Source: Paracoccaceae bacterium
GTDB taxonomy: Bacteria; Pseudomonadota; Alphaproteobacteria; Rhodobacterales; Rhodobacteraceae
DNA: 64,000 bases
Direction: 5' to 3'
Assembly (NCBI GenBank): GCA_028284605.1
Contig: JANQRL010000029.1
Location: 88,574-152,573, forward strand
In this document: piece by piece, positions 47,712 through 57,743 of the stretch
Layout: each line of letters starts with the position of its first letter
How positions within the stretch are numbered: the stretch's first letter is position 1
Notes under the pieces: model-generated
Databases searched by the model: none
What the model was told of the DNA's origin: nothing
The model's input: the letters and a program-made list of their open reading frames with translations, nothing else
Translations under genes and position numbers: made by a program

Positions 47712-49433
47712 TCAGTTCGCGGCGATGAGCCCCATCGATTCGAGCTTCAGAACCACCTGATGGGCGCAATTGTCGACCTCGACATTCTCTGTCTCGACCC
47801 GCAGTTCGGGGTTTTCCGGCACATCGTAGGGATCCGAAATCCCGGTGAATTCCTTGATCTTGCCTTCGCGGGCGAGCTTGTAGAGACCCTTGCGGTCGCG
47901 GCGTTCGCATTCCTCGATGGAGGTCGCGACATGGACCTCGATGAAGGCACCGAACGCCTCGATGTCCTCCCGGACCGCACGCCGTGTCGTCGCGTAGGGC
48001 GCGATGGGCGCACAGATCGCGATGCCGCCGTTCTTGGTGATCTCGGAGGCGACGTAGCCGATGCGGCGGATGTTGAGGTCGCGGTGTTCCTTGGAGAAGC
48101 CCAGTTCCGAGCTGAGGTTCTTGCGGACGATATCGCCGTCGAGCAGGGTGACCGGGCGGCCCCCCATTTCCATCAGCTTGACCATGAGTGCGTTCGCGAT
48201 GGTCGATTTGCCGGAGCCGGAGAAGCCGGTGAAGAACACGGTAAATCCCTGTTTCGAGCGCGGCGGGCGGGTGCGGCGCAACTCCTTGACCACTTCGGGG
48301 AAGGAGAACCAGTCGGGGATCTCGATCCCTTCGGCAAGGCGGCGGCGCAACTCGGTGCCGGAGATGTTGAGCACCGTGGCACCGTCTTCCACCTCATCGG
48401 CGGGCTCGTATTGGGCGCGTTCCTGGACGAAGACCATGTGTTTGAAATCGACCATCTCGATGCCGATCTCGTCCTGATACTGGCGCACCAGGTCCTGGGC
48501 GTCGTAAGGCCCATAAAAATCCTCGCCCCGGGAGTTCTTGCCCGGGCCCGCGTGGTCGCGGCCGACGATGAAATGGGTGCAGCCATGGTTGCGGCGGATG
48601 ATCCCGTGCCAGACCGCTTCGCGCGGGCCGGCCATGCGCATCGCCAGGTTCAGAAGGCTCATCGTCGTGGTCGAGGACGGGTATTTGTCGAGCACCGCCT
48701 CGTAGCAGCGCACCCGGGTGAAGTGGTCCACATCTCCGGGCTTGGTCATGCCGACGACGGGGTGAATGAGCAGGTTCGCCTGGGCCTCCTTCGCGGCGCG
48801 GAAGGTGAGTTCCTGATGCGCGCGGTGCAGCGGATTGCGGGTCTGGAAGGCGACGACCCGGCGCCAGCTCAGCTTGCGGAAGAGGGCGCGCAGCTCGTTG
48901 GGCGTGTCGCGGCGGGCGCGGAAATCGTAATGCACCGGCGGCTGGATGCCGGTGATCGGCCCGCCGAGATAGACCGGCCCGGCGCTGTGATGCAGGTAGT
49001 TCACCGCCGGATGCGCCTCATCGTCGGCGCCGAAGACCTTCTCCGCCTCGCGCGCCTTGTCGGGCGTCCAGCGGTCGGTGACGGTCATCGTCGCCAGGAT
49101 CACCCCCTCCTGATCGCGGAGCGCGATGTCCTGACCGAGCTCGATGGAGGCGGCGAAATCCTCGGAGACATCGAGCGTGATCGGTATCGGCCAGAGCGTG
49201 CCGTCGGCCAGCCGCATCGTCTCGACGACGCTTTCGTAATCGGCCTGGTCCAGGAACCCCTTCAGCGGGTTGAACCCGCCATTCATCAGCAGTTCGAGAT
49301 CGCAGATCTGGCGCGGCGTCAGATCGTGGGAGGTCAGGTCGGCGGCCTCCGCCTTCATCTTCTGGGCGCTCTCGTAGGAGACGTAGAGTTCGGGGATCGG
49401 GGCGAGATTGGGGGAATACATCGTCGGCGTCAC
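47712..49433 (-). CDS. bifunctional sulfate adenylyltransferase / adenylylsulfate kinase
   Basis: 573 aa. ATP-sulfurylase core (QTRNPLHRAH, GRDHAG) and a C-terminal APS kinase with P-loop FTGFSGSGKSTIA. Confidence 0.92.
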   Translation of the reverse strand: MTPTMYSPNLAPIPELYVSYESAQKMKAEAADLTSHDLTPRQICDLELLMNGGFNPLKGFLDQADYESVVETMRLADGTLWPIPITLDVSEDFAASIELGQDIALRDQEGVILATMTVTDRWTPDKAREAEKVFGADDEAHPAVNYLHHSAGPVYLGGPITGIQPPVHYDFRARRDTPNELRALFRKLSWRRVVAFQTRNPLHRAHQELTFRAAKEAQANLLIHPVVGMTKPGDVDHFTRVRCYEAVLDKYPSSTTTMSLLNLAMRMAGPREAVWHGIIRRNHGCTHFIVGRDHAGPGKNSRGEDFYGPYDAQDLVRQYQDEIGIEMVDFKHMVFVQERAQYEPADEVEDGATVLNISGTELRRRLAEGIEIPDWFSFPEVVKELRRTRPPRSKQGFTVFFTGFSGSGKSTIANALMVKLMEMGGRPVTLLDGDIVRKNLSSELGFSKEHRDLNIRRIGYVASEITKNGGIAICAPIAPYATTRRAVREDIEAFGAFIEVHVATSIEECERRDRKGLYKLAREGKIKEFTGISDPYDVPENPELRVETENVEVDNCAHQVVLKLESMGLIAAN

Positions 49434-49582
49434 TTATCGGTCTGGTCACTGCTCGCGGGTCTCCTAGACCCGGAATGTGGCGAAAGTCTAGCGATCTGCG
49501 CCGACAGAGCGGCTATGCGTGCTCCGCAATCCTCGGGCGAGACGCCTGGGAGGGTGCGCAACGGGAGGTCGATTGCGCGGCG

Positions 49583-50551
49583 CTACTCCGCCGCCTGCAC
49601 CTGCGCGTCGGCGCCCTCTTCGGCGAGGAACTTCTCCGCCTCCAGCGCCGCCATGCAGCCCATGCCGGCGCTGGTGACCGCCTGGCGGTAGATGTGGTCC
49701 GTTAGGTCGCCCGCGGCGAAGACGCCGGGGATCGAGGTCGCGGTGGAATCCGGTTTGGTCACGACATAGCCGCCCATATGGGTCTCGAGCACATCCTTGA
49801 CGAGTTCGTTTGCCGGCGCGTGGCCGATGGCGATGAAGACACCCTTGCAGGGGATGTCGGTGATCTCGCCGGTCTTCACATGTTTGACCCTCACCCCCTC
49901 GACGCCGAGCGGGTTGTCGGTGCCGTAGACCTCATCGAGCTGGTGGAACCAGAGCGGCTCGATCTTGGGGTTCTTGAAGAGCCGATCCTGGAGGATTTTT
50001 TCGGCGCGCAACTCGTCGCGACGGTGGATCAGGGTGACCCTGGAGGCGAAATTGGTGAGGAACAGCGCCTCCTCGACGGCGGTGTTACCGCCGCCGATCA
50101 CCACGATCTCCTGCCCGCGATAGAAGAATCCGTCGCAGGTCGCGCAGGCCGAGACGCCGAAGCCCTTGAACTTCTCCTCGCTGGGCAGGCCGAGCCATTT
50201 TGCCCGGGCGCCAGTCGCCAGGATCAGCGCGTCGGCCACATAAACCGTGCCGCTGTCGGACTGGCAGACGAAGGGGCGCCTGGAGAAGTCGACCGAAGTG
50301 ATGATGTCGCTGACGACCTCGCAGCCCATCGCCTTGGCATGGGCCTCCATCCGGACCATCAGATCGGGGCCCTGAACCTCGGTATCGCCAGGCCAGTTCT
50401 CCACCTCGGTGGTGGTGGTGAGCTGGCCGCCCGGTTCGATCCCCTGCACCAGGAGCGGCTCCAGCATGGCGCGGGCGGCATAGACGCCGGCGGTGTAGCC
50501 CGCCGGGCCGGAGCCGACGATCAGGACCCTTGTTTTTCTCGTCTCGGCCAT
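49583..50551 (-). CDS. trxB: thioredoxin-disulfide reductase
   Basis: 322 aa. Contains VLIVGSGPAGYTAG, the redox CATCDG motif and GGGNTAVEEA. Confidence 0.95.
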   Translation of the reverse strand: MAETRKTRVLIVGSGPAGYTAGVYAARAMLEPLLVQGIEPGGQLTTTTEVENWPGDTEVQGPDLMVRMEAHAKAMGCEVVSDIITSVDFSRRPFVCQSDSGTVYVADALILATGARAKWLGLPSEEKFKGFGVSACATCDGFFYRGQEIVVIGGGNTAVEEALFLTNFASRVTLIHRRDELRAEKILQDRLFKNPKIEPLWFHQLDEVYGTDNPLGVEGVRVKHVKTGEITDIPCKGVFIAIGHAPANELVKDVLETHMGGYVVTKPDSTATSIPGVFAAGDLTDHIYRQAVTSAGMGCMAALEAEKFLAEEGADAQVQAAE

Positions 50552-50733
50552 GTCGCGCCCCCGGCATCGCTGCTGATCTCTGGCATATAGACCTCCGTGG
50601 CGCGCGCCGGAAGACCCCGGGTCCCGCCGCAGCCGAAGGTCAGGTCCGGAAAGAATGTTAGGCTGGAGCGAAAGAATATTGCGTGTGAAGAGGCCCTGCC
50701 ATACATATCCGCACGCGAAGATGGGGAACCGCC

Positions 50734-51234
50734 ATGCCGGGCAGCAAGCTCGACGAGATCGACCGCATGATTCTGGCCGAATTGCAGGCCGATGGGCGGA
50801 TGACGAATGTGGAACTGGCCCGCCGCGTCGGGATCTCGGCGCCGCCCTGCCTGCGCCGGGTGCGCACGCTGGAGGACCAGGGCTATATCCGCGGCTATCA
50901 CGCCGATATCGATCCGCGCGCGCTCGGCTTCGAGGTGCAGGTCTTCGCGATGGTCGGCCTGGTCAGCCAGGCCGAGGCGGACCTCTCGGCCTTCGAGGCG
51001 CGCTGCCTCGCCTGGCCGCTGGTGCGGGAATGCCACATGCTCAACGGCGAGGTCGATTTCATCCTGAAATGCGTGGCACCGGATCTCAGGACCTTCCAGA
51101 GCTTCCTGACCGAGGAACTCACTGCCGCGGACAACGTGGCGAGCGTGAAGACCTCGCTGGTGATCCGAGGGGCGAAGGACGAGCCTGGCGTGCCCTTCGA
51201 CGTGCTCGAGGCGCGGTTGGCGCGGGAAGCCTGA
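50734..51234 (+). CDS. Lrp/AsnC family transcriptional regulator
   Basis: 166 aa. LDEIDRMILAELQADGRMTNVELARRVGISAPPCLRRVRTLE plus a C-terminal RAM domain. Confidence 0.92.
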   Translation: MPGSKLDEIDRMILAELQADGRMTNVELARRVGISAPPCLRRVRTLEDQGYIRGYHADIDPRALGFEVQVFAMVGLVSQAEADLSAFEARCLAWPLVRECHMLNGEVDFILKCVAPDLRTFQSFLTEELTAADNVASVKTSLVIRGAKDEPGVPFDVLEARLAREA

Positions 51235-51238
51235 GCGC

Positions 51239-52039
51239 TCAGGCCACGCCGATCCCGGCGATCTCCATGTCCGAGAGCCGCAGGCGCGGATGGCGCAGAG
51301 GCGGCAGCGCCGAGAAGTCCGGGATATGCGGGAAGAACGAGAGGTAGAGCCGCAGCACCTCGCCGCGAAGGCCGAGCATGTGCAGGCTGCCGGGATGCTG
51401 GCTTTCGAGTTCGACGCCATGGGCCAGGATGCGGTGCTGCTGCGGCAGCCCGATATGGAACACCTCGACGGCGCTGATCGGGGTCAGTTCGATCACGTTG
51501 ATCCCGTCGATATGATCCCGCGCGGGCACAAAGGCGCCGGCGCCGTGGGAGAGTTTCTGTGCGGCGCGGCCGGCATCGAAGAGCCGGGCGGTGGGCCCGA
51601 GCACGAGATCGGGCATCGGCCGCGCGATGCCGAGCGCATCGGCCGCGATCCGGGTCAGCCGGCCCATCTGCCGGCTCTGTCCGGGAGCATCGGCGACCAG
51701 CGTCGTCGCGCCGCGCCAGAGCACCGGTTGAAAGCCGCTTTCGAGGGTGCGGACCTGGTCGCCGGGAAGCAGGTCTTCGATTGCGATACGCCCCCGCGCG
51801 GTCTCGAACAGCGTCCCGCGGGCGAAGGCGGCGAAGGCATCCTCGAAGGCGGGATGGGCCGGGGCGAGGCGCGAGAAGCTCTCCAGATCGCCGTTCTCGG
51901 CGAGGTGCATCACCTCGTATTTGCGCAGGAGGGGGCGATGGCGTATCGCCGTTCGGGTGCCGGTTGCCGTTCGGGTGCCGGGAAGTGCCGGCACGACGCC
52001 GGGGGCGCCGGGACGCGGCGCGAAGGGGATCGATGACAT
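51239..52039 (-). CDS. Hint domain-containing protein
   Basis: Frame of track ORF 51239..52087. Start at ATG 52039. GTLFETARGRIAIEDLLPGDQVRTLESGFQPVLWRG is a Hint_2-type signature. Confidence 0.7.
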   Translation of the reverse strand: MSSIPFAPRPGAPGVVPALPGTRTATGTRTAIRHRPLLRKYEVMHLAENGDLESFSRLAPAHPAFEDAFAAFARGTLFETARGRIAIEDLLPGDQVRTLESGFQPVLWRGATTLVADAPGQSRQMGRLTRIAADALGIARPMPDLVLGPTARLFDAGRAAQKLSHGAGAFVPARDHIDGINVIELTPISAVEVFHIGLPQQHRILAHGVELESQHPGSLHMLGLRGEVLRLYLSFFPHIPDFSALPPLRHPRLRLSDMEIAGIGVA

Positions 52040-52250
52040 GTCACCACCGTAAGGTTGGTCACATCCGCCGCCGGCCCCCACCGACAACGCCAGATTTGAC
52101 GCGCAATCGTTTCTGTCTGGCGACAGATTGCCCGTTTCCCCCGCTTTGCGTCAAGGATTTGGCGGCATTGTCGCGCCCGGCCGATCAATGCGGCCGGGCG
52201 GGTGAGATTGTCAGCAGCTCAGGGGTCCGCGCTGCCATATTCGGCCGGGA

Positions 52251-52424
52251 TCAGACCGCGGCGTAGACCGCGATCCGGGCCCGGGCACGTTCCGCGGCGA
52301 TCTTCAGTTCGGCGGATTTGCGCCGGGTCATCATCGCGCGACGGCGGGCACCGCGTTCCCACGGCATCTCGGTGCCGCAGGAGGCGGCTTCGGTCTTGAT
52401 GGCGTCCATCCAACGGGTTTTCAT
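52251..52424 (-). CDS. small hypothetical protein (57 aa)
   Basis: MKTRWMDAIKTEAASCGTEMPWERGARRRAMMTRRKSAELKIAAERARARIAVYAAV. AGGAG SD 7 nt upstream of ATG 52424. High GC3. No family recognised. Confidence 0.4.
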   Translation of the reverse strand: MKTRWMDAIKTEAASCGTEMPWERGARRRAMMTRRKSAELKIAAERARARIAVYAAV

Positions 52425-52701
52425 GGCTCTACTCCTGCCTCGTTCAACTGTACTGCTCGTCTTTTGCGGCCTTGTCGGGACCGTCTGGCGAAGAGCTTGG
52501 CCGGCAATCCGGGCCCGATTGGGACGCTGATGGGGATTTCGTCGGATTGCCTCGGGATTTTCGGCAATGGAACCCGCCAGCGCGGTTTGTCGCCGGATGC
52601 TCAACAAAACAGGTGTCCGGGTGGCGTTCCGCGCCGGCGATCGGGCGCGGCGGGCGGGCATTTATGGTTAAAGCATGGCGCCGTGGAGGCCGGCAGGCCG
52701 G

Positions 52702-53457
52702 TCAGAGGCGGATCGCCGAGATCAGCCGGCCGTAATCGGCCTCCTGGGCATGCACACTGCGGCGGTAGCTGAAGAAGCGCTCCGGGTCGGAATAGGTGCA
52801 GTGCCGGGTCCAGGTCGCCCGACCCACGCCGGCCTCGCGCAGCCGATGCAGCCCGAAGCCGGGCAGGTCGAAATGGGCGCGGTCGCCCTCGCCGCCGGAA
52901 AAGAAGCGGCTATGGTCCGGATCGGCGTCGAGGAACCGTTCGACGAATTCCGGCCCGACCTCATAGGCGCGCTGGCTGATCGTGGGGCCGATCACGGCGG
53001 CGATCCGCTCCGGCCGCGCGCCGAGCCGTTCCATCGCCGCGACTGTGGCCTCCAGCACCCCGTCGAGCGCCCCGCGCCAGCCGGCATGGGCGGCACCGAT
53101 CACGCCGGCCTCCGCATCGGCGAAGAGGACCGGTTCGCAATCGGCGGCAAGCACCGAGAGCGCGATGCCGGGGCGGTCGGTGACCATGGCATCGGCCTTG
53201 CCGCGCGGGGCGGCCGGGTCGGTGACGGTGACGACATCCGCCGAATGGGTCTGATGCACGCCGATCAGCGCCTCGGGCGCGACGTCGAGGGCCTCCGCGA
53301 CCCGCGCGCGGTTGATCAGCACCGCCTCGCGCTGATCCGACGAGCCGCCGCCGCAATTGAGCCCGGCAAAGACCCCCGAGGAGGCGCCGCCGGCGCGCCC
53401 GAAGAAGCCGTGGCGCAGGGGCGCGAGAGGCTCAGCCGTGATGATGTCGAGCGTCAT
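52702..53457 (-). CDS. pgeF: peptidoglycan editing factor PgeF (YfiH/DUF152, polyphenol-oxidase family)
   Basis: Frame of track ORF 52702..54435. Start at ATG 53457. Contains HGFFGRAGG, QTHSADV, ADCEPVLF, AHAGWRG and a C-terminal FFSYRR. Confidence 0.85.
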   Translation of the reverse strand: MTLDIITAEPLAPLRHGFFGRAGGASSGVFAGLNCGGGSSDQREAVLINRARVAEALDVAPEALIGVHQTHSADVVTVTDPAAPRGKADAMVTDRPGIALSVLAADCEPVLFADAEAGVIGAAHAGWRGALDGVLEATVAAMERLGARPERIAAVIGPTISQRAYEVGPEFVERFLDADPDHSRFFSGGEGDRAHFDLPGFGLHRLREAGVGRATWTRHCTYSDPERFFSYRRSVHAQEADYGRLISAIRL

Positions 53458-54512
53458 GAGTGCAGTCCGGGCAGCGGCGGGGCCCCGGGCGGAATGGCGC
53501 CGAGGACTTTGAATAGCTGACCCATCTCCTCGGGATGGGTCAAGCGGCGATGGGCGGCGATATGGGTGTCGAGCGTGGCGCCGGTGAGGGTGCCGGCGAG
53601 CTGGCGGGCGCGGTCGGTGATGCCGAGCCGTTCGAGGAAGACGCCCTGGTCTGTCAGCTCCGACGGTTGCGCGGGGGCGAGAGCGGCGGCGAGGGCGCCG
53701 AAATCGACATGGGCGCTGAGATCGGCCTCGCCGGGCGCGGCGAGCGGATCGGTCTTTACGTGTTCCGAGACGGCCTGGAGCGTGTCGCCGAGGCTCTTCT
53801 CGGCGCCGTAGTCGACGATCAGCGCCGCGCCGCCATGTGCCACGATCCGCCGCCCGATCTCGCCGGCGATGCCGGGCAGGGCCGGGCAGGTCTCCACCAG
53901 ATCGCCCTCTTCGGTATCCGCGAGGCGGTGTTCCAGCAGCGCCAGCGGGGCGGGGCTCGTGAGGCCGAAGGTCAGGCGGGCACCGTCGAGGCCCACGACC
54001 CGCTCGCGCCAGCCGTCGCCGGCGCGCAGGAACTGGCGGATCGGCAGGGCGTCGAAGAACTCGTTGGCGATGAGGAAGAGCGGGGCGTCGGGCAGGTCGG
54101 CGACAGTCTCGTGGAAGGTCGGCTCGCCGATCCCGCGCGCCTGGGCGCCGCGCAGAACCGGCGAGCCCTCGACCAGATGCAACCGGGCGCCCGCGCGAAA
54201 GCCGGGGACTTTCGCGGTGGCGCGGAGGAGGTCGGCCATCAGGGTGCCGCGCCCGGGGCCAAGCTCGGCCAGGGTGAAGGGGGAGGGCGCGCCCTGATCG
54301 AGCCAGGCTTGGGCGAGGGCGAGGCCGGTCAGCTCGCCGAACATCTGGCTGATCTCCGGCGCGGTGGTGAAGTCGCCGCCCGAGCCGAGCGGATCGCGGG
54401 TCACGTAATAGCCGTGCTCGGGATGGCCCATGCATTGGGCCATGTATTCGGCGATGGGGATCGGGCCTTGCGCGGCGATCTGGCGGGTCAGCAGATCGGC
54501 GAGCGGGGTCAT
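53454..54512 (-). CDS. class I SAM-dependent methyltransferase (MidA/NDUFAF7-like, DUF185)
   Basis: Frame of track ORF 53454..54923. Start at ATG 54512. Contains [43 protein letters not shown] and ANEFFDALP. Confidence 0.8.
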   Translation of the reverse strand: MTPLADLLTRQIAAQGPIPIAEYMAQCMGHPEHGYYVTRDPLGSGGDFTTAPEISQMFGELTGLALAQAWLDQGAPSPFTLAELGPGRGTLMADLLRATAKVPGFRAGARLHLVEGSPVLRGAQARGIGEPTFHETVADLPDAPLFLIANEFFDALPIRQFLRAGDGWRERVVGLDGARLTFGLTSPAPLALLEHRLADTEEGDLVETCPALPGIAGEIGRRIVAHGGAALIVDYGAEKSLGDTLQAVSEHVKTDPLAAPGEADLSAHVDFGALAAALAPAQPSELTDQGVFLERLGITDRARQLAGTLTGATLDTHIAAHRRLTHPEEMGQLFKVLGAIPPGAPPLPGLHS

Positions 54513-55405
54513 GCCACTTGCCGGTCCCGGCGCAGGGCTATGGCGATTGCGGCGAGACCCACGATCAGCATCGGCAGGGACAGGATCTGGCCCATGGTGA
54601 GGCCCCAGTCGCCGAGTTGCAGCGCGTAGCCCATCGGGTTCGTCGCGGTGATGAATTGCGGATCGGCCTGGCGGAAGAATTCGACGAAGACCCGCGCCGC
54701 GCCGTAGCCGGCGAAGAAGGTGCCGGCGGTGAGCCAGGGTGTCTTCAGCCAGCCCCGGGCGAAGACCATGACGAGGAGGAAAGCGCCCAGCAGCAGCCCC
54801 TCCAGACCCGCCTCGTAGAGTTGCGACGGATGCCGGGCACAAAGGCCCTCCACCCCGGGACAGTCCTGGGCCATGGCACCGGGGAAGATCACGCCCCAGG
54901 GGAGATCGGTCGGGCGGCCCCAAAGCTCGGCATTGATGAAATTCGCGATCCGGCCCAGAAGGATCGCGGGCGGGGCGGAGAGGGCGAGGAGGTCCGCGAC
55001 CGATCCGAGCGGCGCGCCGTGTTTCCGTGCCACCGCCCAGACCGCCACCACGACGCCCAGAAACCCGCCATGGAAGGCCATGCCGCCCTGCCAGATCATC
55101 GGGATCTCGAGGGGGTTTTCGAGGTAGTAGAGCGGCCGGTAGAAGAGCACGAACCCGAGCCGACCGCCGACGATCACCCCGACGATGATCCAGGTCAGCA
55201 GGTCCTCCACCTGCTCCGCGGTCAGCGCCGGCTGGCTATCGCGCCAGAGCCCGGGCCGCCGCACCGCCGCCACCACGATCCGCCAGCCGATCAGGATGCC
55301 GACGATATAGGCCATCGCATACCAGCGCAGGGCGAACTCGATGCCGAAAAGCGAGATCGTGAAGATCTCGGGCGAGAGGTTCGGGAACGGAATGGCGGCC
55401 TGCAT
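54509..55405 (-). CDS. lgt: prolipoprotein diacylglyceryl transferase
   Basis: 298 aa. Contains [43 protein letters not shown] and HPSQLYE. Confidence 0.93.
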   Translation of the reverse strand: MQAAIPFPNLSPEIFTISLFGIEFALRWYAMAYIVGILIGWRIVVAAVRRPGLWRDSQPALTAEQVEDLLTWIIVGVIVGGRLGFVLFYRPLYYLENPLEIPMIWQGGMAFHGGFLGVVVAVWAVARKHGAPLGSVADLLALSAPPAILLGRIANFINAELWGRPTDLPWGVIFPGAMAQDCPGVEGLCARHPSQLYEAGLEGLLLGAFLLVMVFARGWLKTPWLTAGTFFAGYGAARVFVEFFRQADPQFITATNPMGYALQLGDWGLTMGQILSLPMLIVGLAAIAIALRRDRQVA

Positions 55406-55522
55406 GCGGCCCTCTCCTGCGGGCGGGGTGCGGCGATGTCAACCGGCGCCGCCGAGGGCCCGCGTCTTGAGATGGGCCGGCCCCGGGGCCATATAGAGGT
55501 CAGGCATGACCGGAGGGCGACA

Positions 55523-55768
55523 ATGCAGACCAGAGGCAAGGTGTTCGACGATCTCTCGCAGCTGATGACCAATGCGATGGGCGTGGCCCAGGGCGCGCGG
55601 GAAGAGGCGGAGACGGCGATGAAATCCTGGGTCGACCGCTGGCTCGCCGACCGCGATTTCGTCACCCGCGAAGAATTCGACGCGGTCCGCGCCATGGCCC
55701 AGAAGGCGCGCGAGGAGAACGAGGCGCTGAAGGCCCGGATCGAGGCGCTGGAAGCGAAGAAGAAATAG
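55523..55768 (+). CDS. ubiK: accessory factor UbiK / YqiC (BMFP) family protein
   Basis: 81 aa. KVFDDLSQLMTNAMGVAQGAREEAE...DFVTREEFDAVRAMAQKAREENEALKARIEALE. Confidence 0.8.
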   Translation: MQTRGKVFDDLSQLMTNAMGVAQGAREEAETAMKSWVDRWLADRDFVTREEFDAVRAMAQKAREENEALKARIEALEAKKK

Positions 55769-56021
55769 CGCCGCCGGGCCGCCGGCCCGCCCGATTTGTC
55801 ATCGTTCCGTTACCGGGCTGCCATGGCCCCGTGACCTGAGGCGTCGCCCGGGCCCCGCGCGGCCGGTTTCCTGCGGTTTTCCACAAGAAAGTGCTTTACA
55901 CGGCCCCTCCGCCCGGCCCACCATATGTGGTAAGGAGGCTGGCAATGCACCGCCTCCCTTGAGCAGGCAGCTAGCGATTGGGGCGCTGCGCCCCGACCTC
56001 GCTAGAGTACAGGAGGCCGCA

Positions 56022-56525
56022 ATGGCATTGTCCGAGCAGTTCATCGAAACCGACGACATCCACCCGATCGACATGGTCGAGCATATCGCCGAGCACCATG
56101 ACTGGGAGTTCGACCGCATCGCCGACGACCAGATCGCGATGGCGGTGGAGGGCCAGTGGCGGACCTATTCCATCACGCTTGCCTGGTCCGGCTATGACGA
56201 GACCCTGCGGCTCATTTGCACCTTCGAGATGGAGCCGCCCGAGGCCCGGCTGCCGGCGCTCTACGAGGCGCTGAACAAGGTCAACGACCATTGCTGGGCC
56301 GGCGCCTTCACCTATTGGGCCGAGCAGAAGCTGATGGTCTACCGCTACGGGCTGCTGCTCGCCGGCGACCGCGAGGTCGGCCCGGATCAGATCGACACGA
56401 TGATCGGCTGCGCGGTGCTGAGCGCGGAACGCTACTACCCGGCCTTCCAGCTTGTGACCTGGGCCGAACGCAGCCCCGAGGACGCCATCGGCGTGGCCAT
56501 CGGCGAGGCTTACGGGCGGGCCTGA
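56022..56525 (+). CDS. YbjN domain-containing protein
   Basis: Start at ATG 56022, with an AGGAGG SD. HPIDMVEHIAEHHDWEFDRIADDQIAMAVEGQWRTYSITLAW...LRLICTFEM is typical of alphaproteobacterial YbjN-like proteins found upstream of proC. Confidence 0.78.
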   Translation: MALSEQFIETDDIHPIDMVEHIAEHHDWEFDRIADDQIAMAVEGQWRTYSITLAWSGYDETLRLICTFEMEPPEARLPALYEALNKVNDHCWAGAFTYWAEQKLMVYRYGLLLAGDREVGPDQIDTMIGCAVLSAERYYPAFQLVTWAERSPEDAIGVAIGEAYGRA

Positions 56526-56596
56526 CCCCAGGGCAGAGATCGGCGGCTTGCGCCCCGCGACCCGGCTTTCTATCAGAGGCCGGAGGAGGGCCGGTG

Positions 56597-57412
56597 ATGG
56601 ATTTCGACGAGCTGGGGCGGCGCGGGCTGGTCCTCTTGGGCTGCGGCAAGATGGGCTCGGCGCTGCTTGCCGGATGGCTGCGGGAGGGGCTGTCGCCGGC
56701 GTCGGTCTGGGTGATCGACCCGGCGCCGTCGGACTGGCTCTCGGCCCAGGGTGTGCATCTCAACGAAGACCTGCCGGAGGCGCCTGGCCTCGCGCTTGTC
56801 GCGGTGAAGCCGCAGATGATGGGCCATGCGCTGCCCGCGCTTAAAGCTCTGGGCGGCGGCGGGACGCTTTTCGTCTCGGTCGCGGCGGGCACGCCCATTG
56901 CCGCGTTCGAGGCGGCGTTCGGGGCGGCGAGCCCGATCATCCGGGCGATGCCCAACACGCCCGCCGCAATGGGCCGCGGCATCACCGCCATTGTCGGCAA
57001 CGCCGCGGCAGGCGAGGCCCATCTGGCGCTCGCCGAGACGCTGCTCGGAGCCGTGGGCGAGGTCGTGCGGCTTGACGGTGAGGACCAGATGGATGCGGTC
57101 ACCGCCGTCTCCGGCTCCGGCCCGGCCTATGTCTTTCACCTGATCGAGACCCTCGCGGCGGCCGGCGAGGCGGAGGGGCTGGCGCCGGACCTGGCGATGA
57201 CGCTGGCCAAGGCGACCGTGGCGGGCGCCGGGCACCTCGCCGCCGAAGCCGGCGAAACGCCCGGCGAACTCCGCGTCAACGTCACCTCGCCGAAGGGGAC
57301 GACCGAGGCGGCGCTGGGCGTGTTGATGGACGAGAGCACGGGTCTGCCGCCGCTCATGGCCCGTGCGGTCGCCGCCGCTGCCGCCCGCTCGCGGGAGCTG
57401 CGCGATGGCTGA
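56597..57412 (+). CDS. proC: pyrroline-5-carboxylate reductase
   Basis: Frame of track ORF 56216..57412. Start at ATG 56597. Contains LLGCGKMGSALLAG, RAMPNTPA, SGSGPAY and VTSPKGTT. Confidence 0.9.
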   Translation: MDFDELGRRGLVLLGCGKMGSALLAGWLREGLSPASVWVIDPAPSDWLSAQGVHLNEDLPEAPGLALVAVKPQMMGHALPALKALGGGGTLFVSVAAGTPIAAFEAAFGAASPIIRAMPNTPAAMGRGITAIVGNAAAGEAHLALAETLLGAVGEVVRLDGEDQMDAVTAVSGSGPAYVFHLIETLAAAGEAEGLAPDLAMTLAKATVAGAGHLAAEAGETPGELRVNVTSPKGTTEAALGVLMDESTGLPPLMARAVAAAAARSRELRDG

Positions 57413-57743
57413 GATAAGCTTCGACGATTTCCTGAAGGTCGACATCCGTGTCGGCCGGATCGCCCGGGCCGAACCCTATCCGGAGGCCCGCAAGCCGGCG
57501 ATCAAGCTCTGGATCGATTTCGGGCCCGAGATCGGGGAGAAGAAAAGCTCCGCCCAGATCGCCGCGCATTACACGCCCGAGGGGCTGGTCGGGCGGCAGG
57601 TCGCGGCGGTGGTGAACTTCCCGCCGCGTCAGATCGGCCGCTTCATGTCCGAGGTGCTGGTCCTGGGCTTTTCCGACGCGCACGGAGACATCGTGCTCCT
57701 GCGCCCTGACCGCGACGTGCCCGAGGGAGGGCGGATGCATTGA
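57405..57743 (+). CDS. tRNA-binding protein (CsaA/EMAP-II-like OB fold)
   Basis: Start at ATG 57405. MAEISFDDFLKVDIRVGRI...KLWIDFG...VAAVVNFPPRQIG. Confidence 0.85.
   Translation: MAEISFDDFLKVDIRVGRIARAEPYPEARKPAIKLWIDFGPEIGEKKSSAQIAAHYTPEGLVGRQVAAVVNFPPRQIGRFMSEVLVLGFSDAHGDIVLLRPDRDVPEGGRMH

Noticed and set aside
55771-55800. Rho-independent terminator after ubiK
   Set aside because: It has only a 6-bp GC stem (CGGGCC/GGCCCG) with a 3-nt loop and a 3-T run. That is too weak to call.
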